Shown piece after piece: positions 29,953 to 38,378 of a stretch of DNA of 60,810 nucleotides (positions are counted from its first letter, which is position 1; each line of letters opens with the position of its first letter). The translations under genes and the position numbers were made by a program. The stretch is from an uncultured Chitinophagaceae bacterium. Its GTDB lineage: Bacteria; Bacteroidota; Bacteroidia; Chitinophagales; CAIOSU01. Below the pieces are notes generated by a model. It did not search any database and was not told the DNA's origin. It was given only the letters and a program-made list of their open reading frames with translations. The stretch is taken from NCBI GenBank assembly GCA_964352775.1, contig CAYGTK010000002.1, forward strand, positions 1-60,810. Reading direction: 5' to 3'.

Positions 29953-30017
29953 TGAATCAACAGTAGCGAAGGGATACTTAAAGGGAGTACATCAAATCGG
30001 ATAATCCCTTAAAAGCA

Positions 30018-31673
30018 TCACCCTAACCTATCCTTAATATCCAAGCGGTATTTTCTAGCCGTATCCTTAGCTATATCATAACCAGCATCAGCATGACGGA
30101 TAACACCCATTGCAGGGTCGTTGTGTAGCACACGTTTCAATCTACGCTCAGCATCTTCCGTTCCATCGGCTAGTATTACCATACCTGCGTGCAAGCTATA
30201 ACCCATACCTACACCACCACCGTGATGGTAAGATACCCAACTAGCTCCACCAGCAGTATTGATCAATGCATTCAATATGGGCCAATCGGCCACAGCATCT
30301 GAACCATCTAACATAGCTTCGGTCTCTCTGTTAGGAGAGGCTACGGAACCAGTATCTAAATGATCGCGACCTATAACTATTGGTGCTTTCACTTTTCCCT
30401 CGGCAACAAGTTTATTAAATGCCAAACCTGCTATCTCTCTATCACCCATGCCTAACCAACAAATTCTAGATGGTAATCCTTGGAAGGCTATCTTTTCTTT
30501 CGCCATATCTAACCAACGAAGTAAGCCTTTATCTTCTGGAAACAAGTCTTTCAATACCTCATCACAAGTGTAAATATCCTGCGGATCGCCTGATAAGGCA
30601 ACAAAACGGAAAGGCCCCTTACCCTCGCAGAATAATGGACGAATGTAAGCTGGCACAAAGCCTGGGAAATCAAAAGCATTTTCTAAACCATGCGCATGTG
30701 CTTGTCCACGTAAATTATTTCCGTAGTCGAAAGTGATAGCACCGCGTTTCTGTAATTCTATCATTTGACTAGTATGCTTCACCATAGTTGACCACGAGCG
30801 CTCTTTGTAATCTTCAGGGTTTTCCTCACGAAGTACATTCGCTTGTTCCACGCTCAATCCTTCTGGGAAGTAACCGATCAACTCATCGTGTGCAGAGGTT
30901 TGGTCAGTCAAGGTATCAGGAGTTATGCCTTTATCTAACAAACGTTGAAGTAAGTCTACCACGTTACATACCACACCAATACTTATAGCTTCTCCTTTCT
31001 CCTTGGCTTCTAATGCCCAAGCGATACCTTCGTCAATATCATGGGTCATTTTATCTACGTAGCGCGTTTCTAAACGCTTACCTATTCGCCACTCTTCTAT
31101 CTCCGCTGCTAAGCACACACCTTCGTTCATGGTAATGGCTAATGGCTGAGCGCCACCCATGCCACCTAAACCAGCAGTTACGTTTAGCTTGCCTTTTAGG
31201 CTGCCATCATAGTGTTTATTAGCTAGTGATAAGTAAGTCTCGTAAGTTCCTTGTACAATACCTTGCGAACCGATGTAGATCCATGATCCTGCGGTCATTT
31301 GACCATACATCATCAACCCTTTGGCATCCAATTCGCGAAAATGCTCCCAAGTGGCCCATTTGCCAACTAAGTTGGAATTAGCGATGATAACTCGAGGTGC
31401 GTCTTTATGGGTTGGAAGAATACCCACGGGCTTTCCCGATTGTACCAACAAGGTTTCATCTTCCTCTAAGTCTTTCAAAGCCTTCACTATCAGGTCAAAC
31501 GATTCCCAATTACGGGCCGCTTTTCCTAATCCACCATACACAATTAGATCTTCTGGGCGCTCCGCAACATCAGGGTCCAAGTTATTATGCAACATACGAT
31601 ATGCTGCCTCTTGCACCCAACCTTTGCAATTAAGTGTTGTTCCTGTAGCTGCCTTTAAAGTCTTCGTTTCCAT
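30018..31673 (-). CDS. hutU: urocanate hydratase
   Basis: 551 aa with characteristic [10 protein letters not shown] and GLGARICWLG-like ([10 protein letters not shown]) segments. Confidence 0.95.
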   Translation of the reverse strand: METKTLKAATGTTLNCKGWVQEAAYRMLHNNLDPDVAERPEDLIVYGGLGKAARNWESFDLIVKALKDLEEDETLLVQSGKPVGILPTHKDAPRVIIANSNLVGKWATWEHFRELDAKGLMMYGQMTAGSWIYIGSQGIVQGTYETYLSLANKHYDGSLKGKLNVTAGLGGMGGAQPLAITMNEGVCLAAEIEEWRIGKRLETRYVDKMTHDIDEGIAWALEAKEKGEAISIGVVCNVVDLLQRLLDKGITPDTLTDQTSAHDELIGYFPEGLSVEQANVLREENPEDYKERSWSTMVKHTSQMIELQKRGAITFDYGNNLRGQAHAHGLENAFDFPGFVPAYIRPLFCEGKGPFRFVALSGDPQDIYTCDEVLKDLFPEDKGLLRWLDMAKEKIAFQGLPSRICWLGMGDREIAGLAFNKLVAEGKVKAPIVIGRDHLDTGSVASPNRETEAMLDGSDAVADWPILNALINTAGGASWVSYHHGGGVGMGYSLHAGMVILADGTEDAERRLKRVLHNDPAMGVIRHADAGYDIAKDTARKYRLDIKDRLG

Positions 31674-31726
31674 ATCCTCTATTTTGTACTAAATAAAGGT
31701 ACGGAAAATCGAAATTGTTCGATATG

Positions 31727-32914
31727 CTAGTACTTAGCCAAATTGGTATCCACTTCATCAGCATAAGCTAGAATACCACCCTTTAAATTGTACAGGTTTT
31801 TATATCCATGCATTTGCTCTAAAGCATTAATAGCATTAGCGCTACGCACGCCACTTCGGCAATGTACCACCACCTTTTTACTGCGGTCTATCTTTTCAGT
31901 ATTCTCCATCAAAGTGCCTAGCGGAATAAGCTCTCCTTCTAAATTAGCAATGTCATATTCGTAATCTTCACGAACATCCACTAATTGGAAATCTTCGCCG
32001 CTATCTTTTAATTGCTTTAGCTCTTGTACAGTTATTTCTTTCACGGTTTCGTCTTTTTCAGGTTCTACCTCTTCCGAGGCCATACCACAAAACTGCTCAT
32101 AATCTATCAAACCATCAATAGTTGGGTTTTCTCCAGATAGTGGATTGGTCTTATCCTTCTTGAATTTGAACGTTCTTGTCTCAAAAGTCAAGGCATCAAA
32201 AGTGAACATCCTACCTACTAAAGGGTCACCAATTCCTGTTATCACTTTAATGACCTCATTAGCTTGAAGGCTTCCTAAAATACCTGGAAGCACACCTAAT
32301 ACCCCTCCTTCGGCACAGCTTGGCACTAGCCCTGGTGGTGGTGGCTCAGGGTATAGGTCACGGTAATTGGGTCCTCTTTCTTCATTATCTATTGGGTAGT
32401 TAAATACCGTTACCTGCCCATCAAAGCGAAAAATGGAGGCATATACGTTTACCTTGCCCAACAACACACAAGCATCATTCACTAAATAGCGGGTTGGGAA
32501 ATTATCTGTTCCATCGGCCACTACATCATAACCTTTGATGATGTCTAAGGCGTTATCACTGTTCAAGTGGGTGTTGTAAGTTTTGAAGGTAACGTAGGGA
32601 TTTTGCATCTCCAGTCGTTCCTTGGCAACTTCAACCTTTGGTCGGCCCACATCTTTTACGGTGAACAGTACCTGACGTTGAAGATTACTTTCATCCACTG
32701 TATCAAAATCGACGATGCCGATAGTTCCCACCCCCGCAGCGGTAAGGTATTGCAAAAGCGGACTACCTAGGCCTCCTGTGCCTACTACTAACACCTTAGC
32801 GTTCTTCAGCTTAGTTTGCCCCTTTATATTGAATTCAGGGATGATCAAATGCCTACTATATCGCTCTAGTTCCTTCTTGGTGAACTGCTGGCTTTTTCCG
32901 TTCAACTTGCTCAT
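31727..32914 (-). CDS. moeZ: sulfur-carrier adenylyltransferase / sulfurtransferase (ThiF/MoeB E1-like domain plus C-terminal rhodanese, MoeZ-type)
   Basis: RYSRHLIIPEF, GTGGLGSP nucleotide loop, and a C-terminal rhodanese with active-site CRSGVRS. Start moved to MSKLNGK (32914), 7 nt after the stop of the upstream carrier gene. Confidence 0.85.
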   Translation of the reverse strand: MSKLNGKSQQFTKKELERYSRHLIIPEFNIKGQTKLKNAKVLVVGTGGLGSPLLQYLTAAGVGTIGIVDFDTVDESNLQRQVLFTVKDVGRPKVEVAKERLEMQNPYVTFKTYNTHLNSDNALDIIKGYDVVADGTDNFPTRYLVNDACVLLGKVNVYASIFRFDGQVTVFNYPIDNEERGPNYRDLYPEPPPPGLVPSCAEGGVLGVLPGILGSLQANEVIKVITGIGDPLVGRMFTFDALTFETRTFKFKKDKTNPLSGENPTIDGLIDYEQFCGMASEEVEPEKDETVKEITVQELKQLKDSGEDFQLVDVREDYEYDIANLEGELIPLGTLMENTEKIDRSKKVVVHCRSGVRSANAINALEQMHGYKNLYNLKGGILAYADEVDTNLAKY

Positions 32915-32921
32915 TTCCTGT

Positions 32922-33200
32922 TTAGTTTTTACCTCCAGCAATAGCTGGCACAATACTGATCACCGTTGCCTCAGCAACTTCCGTATCGCCATTCTTCAAG
33001 TCCTTAATATCATCCTCGCCTACAAATACTTTTATGAAGCTTCTTACTTTCTTGTCCTTATCAAATAGGTGATCGCTTATACCAGGGTAGGCACTGGTCA
33101 ACTGACCAATAGCTTCGCTAACTGTTCCTGCGGAAGATTCGAAAGAACGCTGTCCGTCAGTAAATTTCCGTAATGGGGTAGGTATAATAACTTTTGCCAT
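32922..33200 (-). CDS. cysO: MoaD/ThiS/CysO-family sulfur carrier protein with a GG-KN C-terminus
   Basis: 92-aa beta-grasp-like protein ending ...IVPAIAGGKN. Flanked by a JAMM protease and an E1-like enzyme. Confidence 0.7.
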   Translation of the reverse strand: MAKVIIPTPLRKFTDGQRSFESSAGTVSEAIGQLTSAYPGISDHLFDKDKKVRSFIKVFVGEDDIKDLKNGDTEVAEATVISIVPAIAGGKN

Positions 33201-33222
33201 GATGCTTAGTTTTTCGTTTTTG

Positions 33223-33678
33223 TTAATTGAATAGCTCGTTCAGATCGAGCTCTTGAGGCTCTAATATTTCTAGATCTTCTTGCTCAAATTTTCCCTTATC
33301 ATCTAACCTCCAAGAATAGATGGACGACAGCTTGCCTCTTCTAATAGAAGCAATGATATAACTGAAATAAGGTAGAGCATGCCGCAGATCGTATTCTGAA
33401 GGAATTGCTGGGTGATCAGGATGCGAGTGATACACGCCCAATAGCGTTAACCCATTTTCATCGGCATACTGTTCCGCCTTCATATAATCCAAAGCCGAGA
33501 TCTCGAATCTACGCTCGCGATTTTCATCACGGGTGTTGTTCACTTCTACAGCTTCTGTAAATACGCGTTCATTCCCTTCTTCCTGTCCGTACAAAAACCC
33601 ACAGCATTCGTGAGGGTAGGTTGTCAAGGCATCTGCTACCAGTACTTCTCTTGCTTGCGCTTCTAGTTTTATACTCAT
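33223..33678 (-). CDS. mec: JAMM/MPN+ zinc metalloprotease (Mec-like)
   Basis: HECCGFLYG (catalytic Glu region) and HSHPDHPAIPSEYD (HxHx7Sx2D) motifs, 151 aa. Confidence 0.85.
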   Translation of the reverse strand: MSIKLEAQAREVLVADALTTYPHECCGFLYGQEEGNERVFTEAVEVNNTRDENRERRFEISALDYMKAEQYADENGLTLLGVYHSHPDHPAIPSEYDLRHALPYFSYIIASIRRGKLSSIYSWRLDDKGKFEQEDLEILEPQELDLNELFN

Positions 33679-33685
33679 CGTCTTC

Positions 33686-34621
33686 TTAGTTTAATAGTTC
33701 TTTTATCACTTCGGGATAATTGCTTCCATGATCTGGGAATATAGTTACAACAACACCTTCGTCTAATTCGTTTGCCACCTTCAATGCACCCGTCAAATTT
33801 GCGGCCGATGATGGGCTCAATAGTAATCCTTCCGACAAAGCAGTTTCTTTCAAAACCTTGTAGGCCTCTTCTGAATCTACCTTCTCATTTCTATCAGCCA
33901 GTTCAGGTCGGTATATCTTCGGTACTAATGCCGTTTCCATATGCTTCCATCCTTCCAACCCGTGCATCGCTATTTCAGGATGAAGGGCTACAGAAACCAG
34001 ATCAGGCTTAGCCGCTTTCAGTCCAATAGTAGTCCCCGTAAATGTTCCAGAGGTTCCTAGCCCCGTTACAAAATGGCTTATCTGTCCATTGGTTTGTTCC
34101 AGAATTTCTTGGGCAGTAGTATTCACATGGGCCTTCCAATTATGCTCGTTGGCATATTGATCGGCATAGAAATATTTACTAGGGTCTTTCGCTACCAGTT
34201 CCTTAGCCTTTTCTTGAGCTTCATCAGAACCACCAAAGCGAGAAGTATACACAATATTCACTCCAAAGGCTCTCAAACTAGCTTTCTTCAACTCCGAAGC
34301 ATTTTCAGGAACACACAAAGTAGCAGGGATACCAAGCGCAGCTGTTATTGCGCCAAAAGCCACACCGGTATTCCCACTACTTGCATCTAATAATTCTACC
34401 CCATCGTGCAATTCACCACTTAATAAGGCTTGCTTAATGATATTATAAGCTGCCCTTGCTTTTACACTACTTCCAATTTGATGCCACTCCAGCTTAGCAT
34501 ACAGTTTTACCTTTTCTGGAAGTTCAAAACCAGTCAACTCATAAAGCGGCGTGTTACCAACGGCTTGCTCCAATTGGGCTAGCCGATTTTGCAGGATAGT
34601 ATTTAAAGTAATTACAGACAT
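33686..34621 (-). CDS. cysM: PLP-dependent cysteine synthase, CysM-like
   Basis: PLP lysine region GSSVKARAA, SSGNTG loop, GLGTSGT(F)TG glycine loop, 311 aa. Confidence 0.8.
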   Translation of the reverse strand: MSVITLNTILQNRLAQLEQAVGNTPLYELTGFELPEKVKLYAKLEWHQIGSSVKARAAYNIIKQALLSGELHDGVELLDASSGNTGVAFGAITAALGIPATLCVPENASELKKASLRAFGVNIVYTSRFGGSDEAQEKAKELVAKDPSKYFYADQYANEHNWKAHVNTTAQEILEQTNGQISHFVTGLGTSGTFTGTTIGLKAAKPDLVSVALHPEIAMHGLEGWKHMETALVPKIYRPELADRNEKVDSEEAYKVLKETALSEGLLLSPSSAANLTGALKVANELDEGVVVTIFPDHGSNYPEVIKELLN

Positions 34622-35283
34622 TAGTTAAGGCTCAATTCTTTCTTTGCTAAATAGAAGTCTACTTTTTCGTAGTCGGAAGCTATACGTTCATCAACTTCGG
34701 CAATAGTTTTTGGTGGTGGCACTACTACCTTCTCTCCTGGTTTCCAGTTTACGGGTAAGGCTACACCATTGGCATCAGCAGTTTGCAAAGCTTCTACCAC
34801 ACGTTTTACTTCATCAATATTCCGCCCCACGTTCAATGGGTAATAAATGATCGCCCTAATGATTCCTTTGGGGTCAATTACAAATACAGCGCGCACAGTT
34901 GCTGTTTGGCTTTCACCAGGATGTAACAAACCATATAGCTGTGCCACTTTAGTGTCTAAGTCTGCTATTAAAGGAAAATCAAGCAACACACCCGTATTCT
35001 CACGAACATTCTGTACCCAAGCCAAGTGGGCATGTATACTATCAATACTAACCCCTATCAACTTGGTATTCTTACCAGCAAACCAATCGCTTTCACGAGC
35101 AAACTCCACCAACTCCGTAGTACAAACGGGTGTAAAGTCAGCTGGGTGGGAAAAGAATACGATCCAACTATCCTTATTGTATTCTGAAAAATTCAGATCG
35201 CCCGTGGTAGTCACCGCTTTGAAATCTGGAGCAGCATCGCCTAGTCTGCGTATGCTGTTCGTTTGGTTTGTTTGTTCGCTCAC
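34621..35283 (-). CDS. 1-Cys peroxiredoxin (Prx6-like)
   Basis: SHPADFTPVCTTEL active-site motif, 220 aa, GTG start. Confidence 0.9.
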   Translation of the reverse strand: MSEQTNQTNSIRRLGDAAPDFKAVTTTGDLNFSEYNKDSWIVFFSHPADFTPVCTTELVEFARESDWFAGKNTKLIGVSIDSIHAHLAWVQNVRENTGVLLDFPLIADLDTKVAQLYGLLHPGESQTATVRAVFVIDPKGIIRAIIYYPLNVGRNIDEVKRVVEALQTADANGVALPVNWKPGEKVVVPPPKTIAEVDERIASDYEKVDFYLAKKELSLN

Positions 35284-35311
35284 TTCGTTTTGTTTTTGTC
35301 TTGCATTATGG

Positions 35312-35346
35312 AAATAAAAAAGGCCCCGCCGAATGGGCGGGGCCTT
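35312..35346 (-). terminator. intrinsic terminator in the prx operon leader (candidate attenuator)
   Basis: On the minus strand, a perfect 11-bp stem AAGGCCCCGCC (35346-35336) / GGCGGGGCCUU (35330-35320) with loop CAUUC, then UUUUAUUU. It ends about 35 nt upstream of the prx start. Confidence 0.8.
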
Positions 35347-35383
35347 ATATTTAGGTATCTCGTTTTATATAGAATTCACTACA

Positions 35384-35446
35384 CTATCGCCTACCAAAAT
35401 AGCCCCGCTGGTGTTGACAACAACAACAGCACATCCAAGTGGCCAT
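35384..35446 (-). promoter_or_regulatory. candidate leader peptide ORF with five consecutive Cys codons (MATWMCCCCCQHQRGYFGRR*)
   Basis: Read directly: ATG GCC ACT TGG ATG TGC TGT TGT TGT TGT CAA CAC CAG CGG GGC TAT TTT GGT AGG CGA TAG. It contains the antiterminator 5' arm GCGGGGCUAUUUUGG (35408-35394). Confidence 0.6.
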
Positions 35447-35473
35447 ATTTTGATAGTTCGTGTTCATTCCTTC

Positions 35474-35505
35474 CAAATATATAAATACAAAAGTGAGATT
35501 CGCAA
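35474..35505 (-). promoter_or_regulatory. candidate Bacteroidetes-type promoter for the leader and prx operon
   Basis: On the minus strand, TTG (35505-35503), 21 nt, then TATATTTG (35481-35474), matching the -33 TTG / -7 TAnnTTTG consensus. It lies about 30 nt upstream of the leader ATG. Confidence 0.35.
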
Positions 35506-35523
35506 GATTTTGTTCCTTAAAAA

Positions 35524-36801
35524 TTAAATTATCATTCCTGCACCTACCGTCTCATTGGTCATTTCATCAATGATGATAACGCTTCCAGTGCCTCTATTCC
35601 TTCTGTAACTATCGAAAAATAATGGCTTGGTAGTGCGGATAGAAATACGCGCAATATCATTCAAACCGATGACTTTATCATCTTCGATCTTATGAAGCGT
35701 ATTGATATTCATCTTGTATTTGATCTCTTTGATGATACAACGAGCATCATTAGTGGTATGCTTGATAGCGTACTTACCATTTAACTGCATTGGCTTTTCG
35801 TTCAACCAGCATACCATAACATCAAGGTCTTGATCAACCTTAGGCATATTGTTTTCCGCCACTATCATATCACCACGGCTAATGTCTATTTCATCTTCTA
35901 AGCGAAGAGTAACCGACATTGGTGCGTAAGCCTCGTCTAACTCCCCATCATGGGTATCAATGGCTTTTATTTTAGAAGAAAAACCAGATGGCAATGCCAC
36001 TACTTTATCTCCCTTTTTGAAAACTCCACCCGAAATACGGCCTGCGTATCCACGATAATCGTGATAGTCATTCGATTGAGGACGAATTACATACTGCACA
36101 GGGAAACGACGATCGATATGGTTCATATCGCTTGCGATATGGATAGTCTCTAGCAAGTACAACAAGGTTGGTCCTTCGTACCAAGACGTTTTATCCGAAC
36201 GATCAACCACATTATCTCCCATAAGTGCAGAGATAGGAATGAAGTGAATATCGGTAGTATCTAATTTCGATGCGAACTTCTTGAAGTCGCGTTTTATCTT
36301 ATCAAAAGCTCCTTGATCGTAATCTACCAAGTCCATCTTGTTCACACATACCACCAAGTGAGGTATCTGTAACAACGATGCGATGAAGGCATGACGACAA
36401 GTCTGCTCCACAATACCATTACGGGCATCTATCAAAATGATAGTTAAGTTAGCTGTAGAAGCACCTGTAACCATGTTACGAGTGTACTGTATGTGCCCTG
36501 GAGTATCCGCGATGATGAACTTACGGCGTGGGGTAGAGAAGTAGCGATACGCCACGTCAATAGTTATCCCTTGCTCACGCTCCGCACGAAGACCGTCGGT
36601 CAACAATGCCAAGTTCACGTATTCTTCACCACGCTTTTCGCTGGTCTCTTTAATGGCGTCGTACTGATCTTCAAAAATCGACTTACTATCATACAGTAAG
36701 CGACCTATCAAAGTACTTTTTCCGTCATCAACGCTTCCTGCAGTAGTAAACCGCAGTAGCTCCATGTTCAAATATTCTTCGCTATTGAATTCTTCGCTCA
36801 T
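35524..36801 (-). CDS. cysN: sulfate adenylyltransferase subunit 1 (GTPase)
   Basis: GSVDDGKST G1 motif, DTPGH, NKMD; EF-Tu-like domains; 425 aa with no fused APS kinase. Confidence 0.9.
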   Translation of the reverse strand: MSEEFNSEEYLNMELLRFTTAGSVDDGKSTLIGRLLYDSKSIFEDQYDAIKETSEKRGEEYVNLALLTDGLRAEREQGITIDVAYRYFSTPRRKFIIADTPGHIQYTRNMVTGASTANLTIILIDARNGIVEQTCRHAFIASLLQIPHLVVCVNKMDLVDYDQGAFDKIKRDFKKFASKLDTTDIHFIPISALMGDNVVDRSDKTSWYEGPTLLYLLETIHIASDMNHIDRRFPVQYVIRPQSNDYHDYRGYAGRISGGVFKKGDKVVALPSGFSSKIKAIDTHDGELDEAYAPMSVTLRLEDEIDISRGDMIVAENNMPKVDQDLDVMVCWLNEKPMQLNGKYAIKHTTNDARCIIKEIKYKMNINTLHKIEDDKVIGLNDIARISIRTTKPLFFDSYRRNRGTGSVIIIDEMTNETVGAGMII

Positions 36802-36825
36802 AGCCTAATTTTCTTAGTTGGTCTG

Positions 36826-37728
36826 TTAAAAGTATCCCGCTTTTTTGCGGTCTTCCATTGCTGCTTCCGAACGTTTATCGTCCGATCGTCCACCACGCTC
36901 TGTTATGCGAGATGAAGCTACTTCGCGGATAATATCCTCAATGCTTGCAGCTTCTGATAAACTTGCTCCAGTACAGGTAGCATCACCGATAGTACGGAAA
37001 CGCAATACCATGTCCTTCACTTCTTCATCCTCACGAGTCTCTATAAAGTGTGTTTTCGCCAAAATAGTACCGTCGCGCTCAAATGCTTTACGGGTATGCG
37101 AAAAGTATAGATTAGGTAGATCGATGTTCTCCATGTGGATGTACTGCCAGATGTCTAGCTCCGTCCAGTTACTGATGGGGAATACACGGAAATGCTCTCC
37201 GAAATTCTTACGAGCATTAAAAGTATTCCACAACTCCGGGCGTTGGTTCTTAGGGTCCCATTGGCCAAAATCATCACGATGCGAGAAGAAACGCTCTTTT
37301 GCACGCGCCTTTTCCTCATCACGACGAGCACCACCCATGGCAGCATCTATCTTGTGTTCTTCTAAAGTTTCTAGCAAGGTAACGGTCTGCAAGCCATTTC
37401 TACTGGCATTGAAACCTTTCTCCTCTACCACTTTACCCTCATCAATTGACTTCTGAACAGAACCTACAATTAGATTCACTCCCAAGTCGGCTATCCACTT
37501 ATCACGGAAAGCTATGGTTTCGTCAAAGTTGTGACCCGTATCAATATGGATCAAAGGGAAAGGTATGTTAGCTGGGTAAAATGCCTTCTTAGCCAAGTAA
37601 CTCATCACGATGGAATCCTTTCCGCCGGAGAATAACAAAGCTGGGCGCTCAAATTCAGCAGCCACCTCGCGGATAACGAATATTGATTCGCTTTCCAGTT
37701 CTTTTAAGTGATTCAGATTATAATCCAT
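36826..37728 (-). CDS. cysD: sulfate adenylyltransferase subunit 2
   Basis: PAPS-reductase-fold FSGGKDS PP-loop, 300 aa, C-terminal KKAGYF. Confidence 0.95.
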   Translation of the reverse strand: MDYNLNHLKELESESIFVIREVAAEFERPALLFSGGKDSIVMSYLAKKAFYPANIPFPLIHIDTGHNFDETIAFRDKWIADLGVNLIVGSVQKSIDEGKVVEEKGFNASRNGLQTVTLLETLEEHKIDAAMGGARRDEEKARAKERFFSHRDDFGQWDPKNQRPELWNTFNARKNFGEHFRVFPISNWTELDIWQYIHMENIDLPNLYFSHTRKAFERDGTILAKTHFIETREDEEVKDMVLRFRTIGDATCTGASLSEAASIEDIIREVASSRITERGGRSDDKRSEAAMEDRKKAGYF

Positions 37729-37734
37729 AAGCTG

Positions 37735-38340
37735 TTATCGCTTTATTTTTGGCAGCAAAAATTGCAGCATAGCGTCAACTGACTCCTCTATACCCCATTC
37801 TGCTGTTGGTATTATAAAAGCAGGGTTTTCTGGGCGCTCAAAAGGAGCATCCAACCCCGTAAAATTCTTTATTTCTCCCGAACGGGCTTTCTTGTACAAG
37901 CCTTTCACATCACGCTTCTCACATTCCTCGAACGAAGCATCAACGAATACTTCCAGCATATTCTCCTCTCCTACTATCTCCCGCACTTGGTCGCGAATAG
38001 CATGTGTAGGGCTTACAAAACTACAAAGGGTAATTACACCCGCATCTAAAAACAACTTAGCTACCTCTGCAATTCGACGAATGTTCTCTTTACGATCTTC
38101 ATCTGAAAAGCCAAGGTTATTATTGATACCAGAGCGGATATTATCTCCGTCAAGCACTTGAACTAATAAGCCCTCGTCGTGCAATGCTTTCTCTAAACCC
38201 TTTGCAACAGTACTTTTTCCAGAACCAGACAAACCTGTGAACCAAACTACTTTAGCCTGCTGGCCTAATAGTTCTTCCTTCGCTTCACGAGGAAGTAATT
38301 GGTCAAAAATCGGGTGTATATGTTCTGGTACTGTTCCCAT
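37735..38340 (-). CDS. cysC: adenylylsulfate (APS) kinase
   Basis: FTGLSGSGKST P-loop, LDGDNIR and FVSP motifs, 201 aa. Confidence 0.9.
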   Translation of the reverse strand: MGTVPEHIHPIFDQLLPREAKEELLGQQAKVVWFTGLSGSGKSTVAKGLEKALHDEGLLVQVLDGDNIRSGINNNLGFSDEDRKENIRRIAEVAKLFLDAGVITLCSFVSPTHAIRDQVREIVGEENMLEVFVDASFEECEKRDVKGLYKKARSGEIKNFTGLDAPFERPENPAFIIPTAEWGIEESVDAMLQFLLPKIKR

Positions 38341-38378
38341 ACGGTCGGCAAAGATAATAAAAGCCCTTCTTTCTGTTA

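Noticed and set aside
30018-31673. hutU without neighbouring hutH/hutI/hutG as a possible sign of a broken or unusual histidine-utilisation pathway.
   Set aside because: Scattered hut genes are common, the ORF is full length with intact motifs, and the window gives no information about the rest of the genome.
32915-32953. An N-terminal extension of the MoeZ-like ORF (MCQLLLEVKTKQE) overlapping the end of the carrier gene.
   Set aside because: The internal ATG at 32914 gives a start 7 nt after the carrier stop and a normal ThiF/MoeB N-terminus, so the extension is most likely not translated. The same reasoning was applied to 7258-7278 and 53804-53827.
35312-35346. The GC-rich hairpin read simply as the cysCDN operon terminator, with no regulatory role.
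   Set aside because: This is not fully rejected and remains the null hypothesis. It is downgraded because the hairpin lies about 175 nt past the cysN stop, just ahead of the next gene. Its 5' arm also has an extended alternative partner located inside a five-Cys-codon ORF.
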